A stretch of 64,000 bases of DNA from Lama glama. Lineage: Eukaryota. Of the stretch, positions 23,551 through 37,292 are shown piece after piece. Numbering within the stretch: position 1 is the stretch's first letter; each line of letters begins with the position of its first letter. The notes beneath the pieces are model-generated. The model had not been told where the DNA came from and searched no databases. It saw only the letters and a program-made list of their open reading frames with translations. The position numbers and the translations under genes were made by a program. The DNA lies in assembly GCA_028534125.1 (NCBI GenBank), contig CM052817.1, positions 55,616,001-55,680,000 on the forward strand. Reading direction: 5' to 3'.

Positions 23551-26500
23551 TTGAAAACACATTTTTACAAAATGTTCTTAAATATAATGAAAATGTATTA
23601 TGAGCAGGAAACATGTAAGGCATTCTCTCAATTTTCTTCATTTGTTGATGTACTATTAAGAGTTCTAGACATACTCAGTGCCAATACAATAATACTGTAG
23701 TATAAATATAAAATTAATTCATGAATGATGATTAACTATAATTAATCTTCAATAGAAAAGTGCTCACAAAATTGTTTATTGTCATCTTGAGTGTTCTAGA
23801 ACCTATCCAAAATGAGTTATTCATACTCGAATTTATTTTCAAAAAGTGTGTAGATGATAGAACTCATTAACAGAGAATAAGCAGGTTAAAATTTAAGTGT
23901 TGTGGGAAGTTCTCTAAAGACCTGAAATTGTGTGCAAAACTACAGTCTAGCATATCATTAAAAAAAGGCCAGAAAGCTTTCGTTTTCTTAACAGGGGTAT
24001 TTGAGCAAGACAATTCTGTGTTCTTTAGGACATTAGTGACGCTATTGCCCAGGCAACATAGGCCAGTAGCCTTCCCCCATAAACGAGATAAACTGATGAT
24101 CCTCAGACCAGCAAAAGCTTCTAGAGAAGCAGTGTAAATCCAGGTTAGCAGTAAAGAATGGGGATGTATATTCAGGTTTTGCACTGATGTGATTTATAGG
24201 TGCTCTCTGCTCTGACTGTGTGTCATATTCTAAATTTCCTGTATTTTTCCAAACGTATGACCTTCTTCTCATTGATATCCTCAGACAATCACAAAGTCTT
24301 GTGTCATCCATGTTGCATAGTGTTTTGAAGACTAACTTTTGAAGAGGCAGTTCATGTTGAACATGAAATATTTCTAAAATCAACATGTAAAATTTTACCA
24401 TTCTTATTACAAGATGATGTTGTTACCATTTTAACATTTTTTTACCAGTAATAGACTTACATTTTTTCTATTACTCAATTCTTCAACGCATATATATTGA
24501 ACAAATTTTTCTATAATTTTCTTAAATTTATTTTTGTCTACAAATTACAACTTTTTGTGTTTTAATTTTATTAGCTTAGTTTCTCACATATTTGTATATG
24601 TGTGTGTAAAGGAAAGAATTGATTCATTTATGTCATTTAAACGCTTGTAAGGAATTAAATAAAGTACCCTACTACTATTATAAACTAAATAATTGATGAT
24701 TTGTTAACACTTTATGTTCTAGTGTGTTTGGAGATTGTTATATAGCATCAAAAAGAAAAGTCATACGAAATGCAGAGATATTTGTATAATTTGAAGTATT
24801 CAGTTTTACTCAATGTCAGTCTTTTATCCTAGAAAATAATGATTCTATCATACAACTTGCTCATAATACTAAGAATTTTTAGTTTTAAATGCAAAATAAG
24901 CAAAAGAATGATTAAAAATGTATAAAGTACCTAATGCTTGTAGATAATACATGCATGTGAGAATTCAGACCTCGACAAAGTCATGCAGAAAACAAACTCA
25001 GTTGTATTGAAATATATCTATATATACTTACATAGACATATATAGTTAAGTAATAAAAATGTCACTACTACAGATCAATAAACATTGAATCTATGGCAAT
25101 TCAGACAACAAAATTCAATGAATGTCATATAGTAGACATATCTACAGTGGACTTTTTTTTTCATTAAGAAAGCTATAGTTTTTATAAATGTTGAATATTA
25201 GGAGCCATGTATTCAGCTAAGTACTTAAAGAACTGTCTTATTTACCTCTCAGAAGGCCACATGGTAATAATCATATCCCCATTTTTTTCCATAAGGGCAT
25301 TGAGGAAGCTAGTCTGACTCTATCCTTTCAATGTTAAAGATTTTGCCTCAGCTACTAACTACCCCTGTTAAAAATCATTCTAACCTATTCTGTCTGATAG
25401 TAGTAATCTACCTAGATGAATGTCTTGCTACTATTGTGTACATATGAAAATAAGGCATCAATGGCAGAAAAATTATCATTCTATTCTACTGAAACGTGAA
25501 TTAAACTAAAAAGCATTATCAAAATTTTAATATAGGAGTCAAAAAGGAAGAAAGCAGAACATAAGCTTCTTTCCCTGTGTATCTAGAAAGAGTTTCAACT
25601 AACTTGGACTTTCACGGAGGTGTGAGGACAGACATGCTTTCCAGCTGGAACTGTGTCTTGAGACCCATAGTGTATGTCTATGACTTTATTCACAACTATT
25701 TTATGTCTTCAGGGTTTTTTTTTTTGGTAATATAAATGAGCCATAAAAATAATGCAACCATTTTTGTGTTGTTTCTCAGATATTTTTATGAAATAATAAG
25801 TATAAAAATTGTCTAAATAGCTGGATTGCTCCTCCTCATGTAGAATGCAGTTCCAGGAAACCCAGGTTTATACCTTGTAAAGGAGAAAACATAGTCTTGA
25901 AGTGGAAAGTCCAGAAAAAAAAAAGAAGAATGTATAGTGCATGGGATAAAAATACTTCCTCCCTTACAGATATTAAATAGACTACATTGTGAATCTATTG
26001 AGTTATACTACACACACAATTACTGTACACAATTAATTCTAACTAATTAGAATTAATTAGAAAAAGGGGGCTTATAAGACAGCCTAACCTTGGATATTTC
26101 TAGTGGCAAGAAAATTTCTTTGATATTTTTGTTTAATTTTACCTTTCTCAAGTACACAGTTCTTTGTAGTGAAGGGGTACCATAACATAAAAGGGAGAGT
26201 CCTGATTCTGGAGCAGTTGACTCTGTCTTAAAAGCTAAGAAAATGTATCCTTCCTGGTACCAATTGGGAGCTATTTTCCATAGAAAATATAAGCAAGGGT
26301 ACTGTGTTCTCAAACTGACTTTATTTTAGTTGATCAAATTGGGGACCTATACAAATATTTTAATTTAGCAAGACACTAAGGAAACTTCCTTTGAGTTGTT
26401 TTACATGTTTCCTTAGTTTTTGTGATACAAGAAATTTGTGAAGCCCCCAAATATCCATTTTTGAATGCAATTTTTCTCTGTCAAAAATCTATTAATATAA

Positions 26501-26942
26501 AACAAAAGGGAAACATTATCAAAAGGCATCTAATGGAAAGACTCCAAAATGTTTACGTTATTGGATGTTTCTCCAAACAGAAGAAATTATCAGGAGTGAA
26601 GAATATGTGTTTTTCTCCAATAGTCTACATGATTTTTAATTTAAGTCATTAAGTGTAAAAATAATAAATACATTAAATCAACTAAACTCAATGCTATTCT
26701 AGTTCCCATGCAAAATGCTGTCTAGCTACCTTGTGTTTATCAGAAATTTTGCAATAATTTAAGTTACAATATTAATATATTCTAATAATTAAATGCCAAC
26801 AATATAGTATTGCCCCCATATCAAAAAAGAAACTCTTTTCCCAGTATGATGTTGGGAGAAGTTTAAAATGCACAATTTTAGTTTAGAGTGTCAAAAAAAT
26901 AAAGATCCTAAATGTTGAGGTTAAAGGCCAAACTAGTCTAAA

Positions 26943-27035
26943 TATATGTATGTATATGTATGACTGTAACATTATGCTGTACACCAGAAATTGACACATT
27001 GCAACTGACTATACTTCAATTTTGTTAATAAAAGA
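26943..27035 (+). mobile_element. Very short camelid-type L1 3' tail
   Basis: tatgactgtaacattatgctgtacaccagaaattgacacattgcaactgactatacttcaat, flanked by aaactagtctaaa / aaattagtctaaa. Confidence 0.85.
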
Positions 27036-27899
27036 TCAAATTAGTCTAAAATCAAACACTCTTCACCCTTTAGTCTTTACGCAAAAAAAAAAAATTAGAT
27101 AAAAGTCCTAAAAACTTAAATTCTAAAATATATTATCTTTAAGGTCTCACTGTGTTCAATCTCAGAGATTTTTCTCTGTCAAGGAGACAGAGTAACTTCA
27201 ACTGCTCTAGCCCAGGATGTGATGCCTGAGACATTAGAATTTGAGTGGGTATTTCAGGTAACATACTTTGCAGGAATTCTTAGGACACCATAGACTATTA
27301 CAGCATAATCCCACACTGACAAAATTTAGAAAGTGTGCCAAATTCTAAAGGACTTATTCTGGGAAAATGTATGTTTGCTAAATTTGTTGCCAAACAGCAA
27401 AAACTACAAAGACTCTAAGGGAATTAGGGAAGACAACAAAAACCTAGGTTGCATTTTCATTAGGATACCAGGCAGTCTGGACCAGATGTCCAATAACTAT
27501 TGCAATTTTCTTCCTTGACCCTGCAGGCAGATTTTGAAAAAGAAAAGTCAATTTCATATTAGTGCATGAATTTGAAAGCCTTAAATTCCATTAAATGATT
27601 ACTAAAAGTTAAATTGGGAAGACTTACCAATACATTTTAAAGAACTATTTTATTAAGTAAAAAATGAACTCAGCCACTTGTATGATTGAAGATTAAAATT
27701 GGAGGCAAAATTTTTATTTTAATAAATTCTTTTTTGCTCCTTTTAAAAACACTAGAGGTGTGTGTGTGTGAGAGACAGAGAGAGAAAGAGAGAGAGAGAG
27801 TACTCCCACTCCTTGTTCTCCTTGTTTATGTTTTCAGGTCCATCCTACAGTACTTCAGTCGTTGTAAGTACACTAATATAGTCAGTAGTTCCTTCTAAT

Positions 27900-28130
27900 A
27901 GGAAGCAATATAACATGGCGATTAAAAGCAAGAATGCCAGAATTTGAATATGTAAATTCTATTTCATATGTGAAAGGAAGAAATACTCTAAATTCATCTA
28001 CTTCATTTTTCTCATATGGAAAATGGGAATATTGCCAATAACTTTGCAGTCTCTTGATATTTTTGTGCTAGCAGACACAAAGAACTCTGAGACAGTGCAC
28101 ATTCATCAAATGTTAGCTATTATATTAATT
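27900..28130 (+). mobile_element. MIR SINE (diverged)
   Basis: cttcatttttctcatatggaaaatgggaat core and an aaatgttagctattat tail. Confidence 0.6.
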
Positions 28131-28889
28131 TCACAAAGTTTGTGGGGGGTCTATTCCTGCTGTGTGTTATTCCTGCTTATTATTGTTTTGATACTTTGTA
28201 TTTGTTTATTTTGTCATATTTTTATGGTTGTGATTTTTTTTACGGCAGTCTTGGTTAGGTAGTCCTTTACTGGTGGAAATGATCTGCAGTCTTAGCTTGA
28301 GAGTGTGCTCTCTCAGTTGTCACCTGTATTCCTTCTGACATGTGCTCTAGTGGAACAGCTTCTGGCAATTACCTGGCCTGCTTTTCTTGGTGACATTGTA
28401 CCATAAATTTATATCCCCAAACCAGCAGTGTTTGTCCTGATGACCTTCATGAGTGACTATTTTTCCACATAAAGCATAGAATGAAACATAGATACATCCT
28501 TGCTGTGTGCCATGATAAATATTTTATTCTATTCTACAATTTCTCACAGAGGGAATCTTTTTAGGGTTTTCTATTTAAGTCAGGTGCTCAGTTCTGTGTA
28601 TTTTTTTTTCAGTCCCAAATTGTGGCCTCCTTTTCTCCAGAACTTTCAATGTAAGCTTCTTGGTTATAAGGATTGACAAAATGCCCCCTGGGAGCTGAAT
28701 ATCGATGCAAGCTTGCTTGTCTAGTTTCATGCTTGCTCTTTATGTTTGCCCTTTAGGTATTTACTTAACATTCTTAAAGTCTCAACTGCATATTTAAAAT
28801 AATTTTGCACATACTTTATCAAGTATTTCAACATGAGTGGTAGGAGAATTATTTTAGGCAATCATTGCAATTAATAGCAATTACGATCA

Positions 28890-29520
28890 AATTTTTCCTT
28901 GAGAACAATGTTTAAGACTTGTGTACAAAAGTGATGGGTGAGAGTGAAGATAGGTGACCAATTTGAAAGCTGCTGCAGTGGTTTTAATGAGAGAGAAGGA
29001 TGCCTTGGACTCGTTCTTCAAGAGCAATGACTAGATGTGGTCAAATCAGGACTACATTTGGAGGTAGAGTCTAAGATTCATTACAGGACTAGATAAAGAT
29101 TGAGAAAATAATAGGGAAAATAGTGATATCTAAGAGTTAAACCTGAAGAACAGGGTAGATGAAAGTACATCTTAATTATCCAGGGAAAAATGAGAGCATC
29201 GTAAAAATCTCTAATAGTGAGGCTCGAGATGCACTAAAGATTTGCTATATAATCAGTCAGATTTGATGACAAAAGGATGAAGTATGTAGCACAGAGAGGG
29301 AGCTGATTTATAGGTGGTGTCCTCAGCTGAGGAAGTTTCCAATAATTGAGATAATTAAAATGGCAAGAGGAGAAGACTTGTAAAGAATTCTGACAGAAAT
29401 CCAGGTTTTGGCATGCTGAATTTCAGATGCTCATGGGACAGTCATGGATATTTTCAGATCAGTTGTTTAAAAAGGATTGTATCCTCAGGGTAAAAGTTCT
29501 AAAGCCACAGATAGAGATTT
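28890..29520 (-). mobile_element. L2 fragments
   Basis: gctgctgcagtggttttaatgagagag...tttggaggtagagtc...ttttggcatgctgaatttcagatgc. Confidence 0.6.
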
Positions 29521-30271
29521 TTAAGGCATATTTACATTAATTATCTAAGATTCTGAGACATAATAATATGTGAACTTTCTGCAACTTACTGGATACATTC
29601 TACAAAGTCAGTAGCATTTATGAAAAAGGTAAATAAAATTATTCCACATTATTGGTGAGTTTCCAAGTCTCTGCCCATAGTCCGTATTTGTTTTACCTAT
29701 AGTATAGCTTTTATTTATAACTTATATGCTTTGCAATAATGAATTCTATTAATATATATTTGAATTTTAAACCTTGACGTCAAACACTATTCTCCTGTGA
29801 CAAATAAACTGATTAAAATTAAGACCCAGAAAATTCCTTTATTAATCTGTTGTTTAGATACTTACGCTTAATTCTTTGTATTATATAATTTTGCTTCCAG
29901 GCTTAAATCTACAAACTATTACAGCACTGAAACTGAATTTTGGCCAAAACATAGAAATTTATTTCAATGATCCCCATATTTTCAAATTCTTCACTTGAAG
30001 TATAGGGCATTCTCTAGAGAGCAGAATCAATAAACCTTGAAGAATGCATATGGAACATGATTTAAACTAAGAGCTGAAGGGAAGCTACAGATGCTAAGGA
30101 GTACTGAGGGCGAACTGCAAAAATCTGCTAGGGACAGGAGGCACATAAATGAAATATGTATCCACAGGATAACTGTGGTACAATGAGACAAGCGAGAAGA
30201 CAAGGGGCAGGGAAACTAATTACCTGGCAGGACAGTAAGGGCTCTGTATAAGTATGTGTCCACATGGCCGG

Positions 30272-30920
30272 TACATTCATTCATTCATTTAACAAAATGA
30301 TCGGGCTTCCTGGCGCTGTGCTTGGTTCTAAGGGCACAGAACTGAATACGATTTCAGAAGGAATACTAATCATTATGATATTGTTCATACACCCTTAAGC
30401 ACATTCAGTGGCGCTGTGCGATGCCATAGAAAGAATGTTTGATGTCGGTCAGTAGGGTTCGGAAAGGTACCAATCCCACCAGGAGTTTAGCCTTTCAAGG
30501 ATATGTTGAAGTTAGTCAGAAAATGGAAAAGACAAACCTTCAAAGCAGAGAGGAGGTCACCTGCAAAGGCATGAAGACAAGAAACAGGGAGTGTTCTTGG
30601 CACATGGCTTCTCCAGTGTTTCTGTGATAGAGATCAGAGAGAATCCAAAAGAGATGAGTCTGGAAGGGCTTAAAAGGGGCGGAGATATAAACAAGTTTGT
30701 GCTCCATGCCCAGGAGTTTGCATCTTAATTTGGAGGTGATCGAGAGGCACTGAATTCTTTTAAGCTCAAGAATGAAATGAAGAGATAGGCTCTTTGATAG
30801 CAGGGTGGATGATGTCATAGGGAGGCAAAATCCATGTTGGACTTCATAAATGACACTTGTTTTAAGAAGCAGTGGTAAAAAATGAGACGTAGGGAAAATG
30901 TGCAAATAAGAAACCAATTA
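30272..30920 (-). mobile_element. L2 fragment
   Basis: cattcattcattcatttaacaaa start; gcagagaggaggtcacctgcaaaggcatgaag; ggagtttgcatcttaatt. Confidence 0.75.
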
Positions 30921-31942
30921 CTAAACATTAAAATCCCTGAAAAGTCTTTAAAAGTCATTCACAGGTGCTTTATATGAAGATGATTTTTCTAAGAAAATGT
31001 ATAAAGATTGTCTATAAAAATAAATAGAATAATGAAAAATAATTAAACATAAAAATCAGATACAGTCTTTGGTTAGCTAATTCAGCGCATAGCTATCGCC
31101 ACACATGTCTAATGGAAATTAATTTTCCAGAAGTTATATGTCAGCTTCAGCTTCCTATATATCTGCTCCACTGTTAACTGCTTGAAAGAGAAATGCCAGG
31201 TTTTAATAGCTAACAGGATTAATAGAGGATTAATAGAGACGGTCTCAAACCTAACTTTAACCATGTGGAAACCTTAAAGTTTTTAGAATCACTTAATATT
31301 TGGCCTTTATTTCTCAGAAAACTTTTGAGAAATGTGGTGTGCTCATTAGCTTTTAAACTATTGCATGATAAGTGACTGTTACAAAGTAATCAATATAAAG
31401 TCAGGAATATCTTGACTTTATTCTTCCCTTCAGTGTCTGTATGATCAGCAAATTCCCTGTTCTGCCATTAGCTGCTGTACTAATTATCAGAATAACTTAT
31501 ATTAAATTAAATATTTTATTCACTCATCCATTCAATCATTAGATTAATAAATATTTCTTGAAGGTTGTAATGTGAGTTATTGAGGTAGGAATCAGGGATA
31601 TGAAAATAAATAATCCAACAAATTAAGTGGATAATTAGTCATAGAGAGGCCATATAAGAAACTTACAATAAAACACAGTTAATGCAATGATATAGTATAA
31701 ATACATATAAGGATATAGAGCCATGAAAAGCCTTATGTTAATCTGGTTGGTAGGTAGGATAGTAGTCAGCAAATGCTTTCTGGCTGAGGTTAGTGTGCCT
31801 ATACTGAACCAAAATAAGAATATAAATTAAATAGGTTAAAATGCAGTGAAAGGACAATCCCAGTGAAATATTTACTTGAATGTATAATGTAGACAGTTGG
31901 GAAACGTTATTCTTTTAAAAAGAACAATCACCTATGTGTTTT

Positions 31943-33497
31943 TTTTAACATTTTTTATTGATTTATAGTCATTTTACAATGTTGTGTCAAATTCCAGTGT
32001 TCAGCACAATTTTTCAGTCATTCATGGACATATACACACTCATTGTCACATTTTTTTCTCTGTGATTTATCATAACATTTTGTGTATATTTTCCTGTGCT
32101 ATACAGTGTAATCTTGTTTATCTATTCTACAATTTTGAAATCCCAGTCTATCCCTTCCCACCCTCCACCCCCCTGGTAACCACAAGTCTATTCTCTGTCC
32201 ATGAGTCTATTTCTGTCCTGTATTTATGCTTTGTTTTTGTTTGTTTGTTTGTTTTTGTTTTTTAGATTCCACATATGAGCGATCTCATATGGTATTTTTT
32301 TTCTCTTTCTGGCTTACTTCACTTAGAATGACATTCTCTAGGAGCATCCATGTTGCTGCAAATGGCATTATGTTGTCGGTTTTTATGNNNNNNNNNNNNN
32401 NNNNNNNNNNNNNNNNNNNNNNNNNNNNNNNNNNNNNNNNNNNNNNNNNNNNNNNNNNNNNNNNNNNNNNNNNNNNNNNNNNNNNNNNNNNNNNNNNNNN
32501 NNNNNNNNNNNNNNNNNNNNNNNNNNNNNNNNNNNNNNNNNNNNNNNNNNNNNNNNNNNNNNNNNNNNNNNNNNNNNNNNNNNNNNNNNNNNNNNNNNNN
32601 NNNNNNNNNNNNNNNNNNNNNNNNNNNNNNNNNNNNNNNNNNNNNNNNNNNNNNNNNNNNNNNNNNNNNNNNNNNNNNNNNNNNNNNNNNNNNNNNNNNN
32701 NNNNNNNNNNNNNNNNNNNNNNNNNNNNNNNNNNNNNNNNNNNNNNNNNNNNNNNNNNNNNNNNNNNNNNNNNNNNNNNNNNNNNNNNNNNNNNNNNNNN
32801 NNNNNNNNNNNNNNNNNNNNNNNNNNNNNNNNNNNNNNNNNNNNNNNNNNNNNNNNNNNNNNNNNNNNNNNNNNNNNNNNNNNNNNNTATTCTCTGTCCA
32901 TGAGTCTATTTCTGTCCTGTATTTATGCTTTGTTTTTGTTTGTTTGTTTGTTTTTGTTTTTTAGATTCCACATATGAGCGATCTCATATGGTATTTTTTT
33001 TCTCTTTCTGGCTTACTTCACTTAGAATGACATTCTCTAGGAGCATCCATGTTGCTGCAAATGGCATTATGTTGTCGGTTTTTATGGCTGAGTAGTATTC
33101 CATTGTATAAATATACCACTTCTTCTTTATCCAGTCACCTGTTGATGGGCATTTAGGTTGTTTCCATGTTTTGACTATTGTAAATAGTGCTGCTATGAAC
33201 ATTGGGGTGCAGGTGTCTTCCTGAAGTAGATTTCCTTCTGGGTACAAGCCCAGGAGTGGGATTCCTGGGTCATATGGTAAGTCTATTCCTAGTCTTTTGA
33301 GGAATCTCCACACTGTTTTCCATAGTGGCTGCACCAAACTGCATTCCCACCAGCAGTGTAGGAGGGTTCCCCTTTCTCCACAGCCTCTCCAGCATTTGGC
33401 ATTTTTGGATTTTTGAATGACAGCCATTCTGACTGGTGTGAGGTGTGTTCAATATCAATAATTATCAGAGAAATGCAAATCAAAACTACAGTGAGGT
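31943..33497 (-). mobile_element. Young camelid-type L1 3' end, 5'-inverted, with 16-bp TSD (spans the assembly gap)
   Basis: ORF 32984-33427 is an intact L1 ORF2 C-terminus ([18 protein letters not shown]...[13 protein letters not shown]). Sense segment at ~33446-33500. TSD atcacctatgtgtttt at 31927-31942 and 33498-33513. Confidence 0.93.
32388..32887. other. Assembly gap (500 N)
   Basis: Run of 500 n; 32189-32387 is repeated exactly at 32888-33086. Confidence 0.99.
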
Positions 33498-33779
33498 ATC
33501 ACCTATGTGTTTTATTTTACCACTCTAGTGGCAGTGTGAAGGAAATACTTGAAGGTGACAAAAATAAACTCAAAAGAGGTAGGACAGTCTTATAGGAGTA
33601 CAAACTAAAGAGAATGATATGTTCTACTGGGAGTGGCAGAGAGGGTACAAATTCTAGGGATGCAAAATTGACCAAATCTAAAAAATGTGAAGGTGGTTCA
33701 TAGTAGCAACAGTGGAAGGTAGTTTTATGAGGTTGAAGAACAGGGTTAGAGGAGTAGTGGAATGGAAGAACCAGAAGCA

Positions 33780-35230
33780 AAAAAGATAATTATGAACAAT
33801 TATTTGCCCCTATATTTGAAAACCTTGGTGAAATGGACAAATTCCTAGGAAAATACCAGAATAAAGATGATACAAGGTGATCTGAATAGCTACATATCAA
33901 TTTTAGAATCTGCCTGTAATTTAAAAATTCTTTTTACAAATGAGCCCCTATATCTATGTGGTTTCAACCATAAATTATAACAAATATTTAAGTGATACTT
34001 TCTGCTAGTCTTACAAAAATCTCCTAGAGAATAAAAAAATCAAAACATTCCACAATTTATTTAATGGAGCTCACATAGCCTTGATACCAAAACCAGGTGA
34101 GGATATTGTAAGATAAGAGAATTATACTCCATTATCATTCATGAACATATGTGCCAAAATCCTAAACAGTATGTAAGTAACACAAATCTAGGGATATATA
34201 AAAAGGATAATAAACATAATCATTAATCATTTAAAAATATTAATAAATTCACTTCATAAAATTGAAAATTACTTGTCATCAATATATATAGTTCAGAGAC
34301 TGAAAATACAGTTTGCTCAATTGTACATGGTATTTTAAACCCATATAACCTATAAAAGTCCTATATCTAGCTTATATAAAGTATCTAAGCAAAAAATATC
34401 AAGAATTCAATTTTAGGAAGGTTGGGAGACACAAAAAAATTAGTTCATGGCCAAATAATTCTGAACAGCTGACAGATGATAAATACAGAAAGGTGCCCAA
34501 TTTTTATGTAATCACAGAAATGCTAATGTTTATTCAACTGGATGGCCAATATTGAAAAAAAAAAAGAAAAAAAATTTTAAAAAAATGTTGGGGAAAATAT
34601 GGAGCAGTGGAAACCCATATATACTATTTGAAGGAATATAAATTGTTAAAATTTCCTTTTGAAAATTATTTCACATTACCTACTGAAGTTGAATATACAA
34701 ATAAATACTCCTTGAACAGCAATTCCACTTGCAGGTATATACCCAATTGACATTAATGTATATATGTTCCATGATACTTAACAGCTGAATATTCAGGAGG
34801 ATGTTATAACAGACCAGAAACTGAAACAACTCAAATATCCACCCAAAGCAGATTAGATAGATTGCTATAAATAAATAAAATGGAATACTATACAGCAATG
34901 AAAACAAGGGAATTATAAACAATAACAATTTATTCATATTTAGTGAGCAAAAGAGCCAGACAAAAAGTAATACATGCTAGATGATTACATTTATATTAGC
35001 TCCAAAATGCTGGCCAAATTTTAGTGTGGATACTTAGGTGTGAAAGGAAGTTATTGCCACAAAGTTAGGATAGTATCTATCTGTGGGAGAGAGGGAGAAG
35101 GATGTAGAAATTGAGAGTGATAATGAAATGTCTTTGGGGAAGGTAGCAATTTTTTTGCTTTAAATCGTTGAACTGTACATTTTTGTTCTGTGTATTTTCT
35201 CTGTTATATTTCATAACAAAAGTGTTAAAA
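33780..35230 (+). mobile_element. Old L1M (internally deleted ORF2 + 3' end), sense
   Basis: tatgaacaatt...gaaatggacaaattcctag, ttgataccaaaaccag, cagcaattccacttgcaggtatataccc, tggaatactatacagcaatgaaa. Confidence 0.8.
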
Positions 35231-36359
35231 GCTATTGTTGAAATATAAATTGTTACTGGTTTAGTTCCTTTTTTCAAAGAGCATAATCCTATTGAAAATG
35301 ACCTTTTGTGTGGAGTCAAGTAACTTGGCTACTTAGAAATTTGTTTTCTAATTATGGAAAAGAGTGGTATGGATAGTTTATGATTTTATTATGAGAAGTA
35401 AATGAGAAAATGCAGATAAAAAGAACCAGGAATAGCAGGTTTCCTTTATGTGTTAAATTTCTTCTCTCAATTTATTGTCTAATTGAATTATCTGTATCAT
35501 ATCAAAAACTGTCATCTTCAGTCTCTGTTTCTCTCTTCCTTCCTCCTCTTCTACTTCAGTAATGATAAAAGTCTGTCAATTTATTATCAAAATATCTAAA
35601 TTCTTCCTCAACTTTCCTATTCTTCCTGCTGCAATACATTTGATAATTATTTTAATAATAAAGGGGGCTGGAAAATAACATCAGACTGAAGATAAATTGC
35701 TGTCATGGAGGCTGTAAGATTTAATCATTAGGAGTGAGTTCAGTAATGGAGAATCTTTTAAGTGAATGAGTGAAGGAAGTGGTGTTCAATGATATATTTA
35801 GTATCAGAAACATGCTGTGTAGAATATTTAATAAATTTAATTGTGGATATAGTTTATTTGTTATGATTATTTGATAATCAGAGGATAACTGGCTATTTGA
35901 TAGGATATTTGGTGATAGGATATATGTAATAGGATAAACAAATTTAGAGTTAAAGAAAAATATCTGAATTGCATGTTAATATTTGAAAGTTATTTATATA
36001 TAAATATCTATTGAAACATTTTACGTAAATTAAATCAACTGTATATAACATATAGACTGAGAAAAACAATAGGGCCAAAAATTAAACCTATGACATAGTG
36101 ACTGGAATAAGCATCAGCAATGGAGATTATAAAGAAACTGTGTTTTATCCTACTTGCAAACTATTAAATTGGCCTGTCAGGGTTTTACATTTACTGGTAG
36201 AAGACATGAGATTTCTGGTACAGAAAAAAAAGGACTTTATTGTTAACAACACAGCAAGTAGCATGAGCTTTATAGTCTTGTCAGTTTCACTTGTCCCCAA
36301 AGTCCCACAGGAGTAATTTTGAAGCACACCCACATGGATGCAGAAAATTTCTAACGGCA

Positions 36360-36770
36360 TAGGAAAGGATAAATGAACTGTGGCAGATTCTTACAACAGA
36401 AATCTAGATAGCAACAAAAAGCACGTATTTCAAATACACACAACAACACAGGTGAATTTTAATGGCATTGAGCTAAGTGATAGAAGTCAGATACAAAATA
36501 TTTTATAACCTATGATTCATTAATCTGACATGCTAGAATAGGCAAAACTATTGTTAGAGCATACAGATTAGTATTGCTACAAACTGTCATCAGTAATACA
36601 CTGACCACAAAGTATCAGGAGGAAGCTGTTGGGCTTGAGGGAGCATTATATGAGTATGATGTTGTTTGTATACTGTGTTTTCTGTAGTAAAATTCAAAGA
36701 ATTATATTTTCATGACTGGTGAATTTTGTTATATATATTTGTTATATATATTTTGAATTGTGTTATATAG
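36360..36770 (+). mobile_element. Old L1M 3' fragment (host of the nested MLT1)
   Basis: ggataaatgaactgtgg...gctaagtgatagaagtcagatacaaaa...ggcaaaacta; the tail appears to resume at ~38120-38155. Confidence 0.65.
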
Positions 36771-37234
36771 TGTTCCCCAAAAAGAGCTGTTAAAGTCCCA
36801 AGCTCTGTTACCTGTGAATTTGACATTATTTGGCAGTAGGATTCTTGCTTGCAGATGTAATTGAGCTAATTATCAGAAAATACAGATCAAAACTACAATG
36901 CGATATCACCTCATACCAGCCAGAATGGCCATCATTCAAAAGTCCACAATTGATAAATGCTGGAGAGGGTGTGGAGAAAAGGGAACCCTCCTACACTGTT
37001 GGTGGGTATGAAGTTTGGTGCAGCCATTATGGAAAACAGTTTGGAGATTCCTCAGAAAACTAAAAATAGACTTCCCATATGATCCAGCAATCCCACTCCT
37101 GGGCATATATTTGGAGGGAGCTCTAATTTGAAAAGATATATGTACCCCAGTGTTCATAGCAGCACTATTGACAATAGCTAAGACATGGAAACAATCTAAA
37201 TATCCATTGACAGAGGACTGGATAAAGAAGTTGC

Positions 37235-37292
<58 letters not shown>

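Noticed and set aside
32226..32964. Longest ORFs in the track (172-225 aa)
   Set aside because: Artefacts of translating through the N gap.
32984..33427. 147-aa ORF as a host gene
   Set aside because: It is the L1 ORF2 C-terminus inside a truncated L1.
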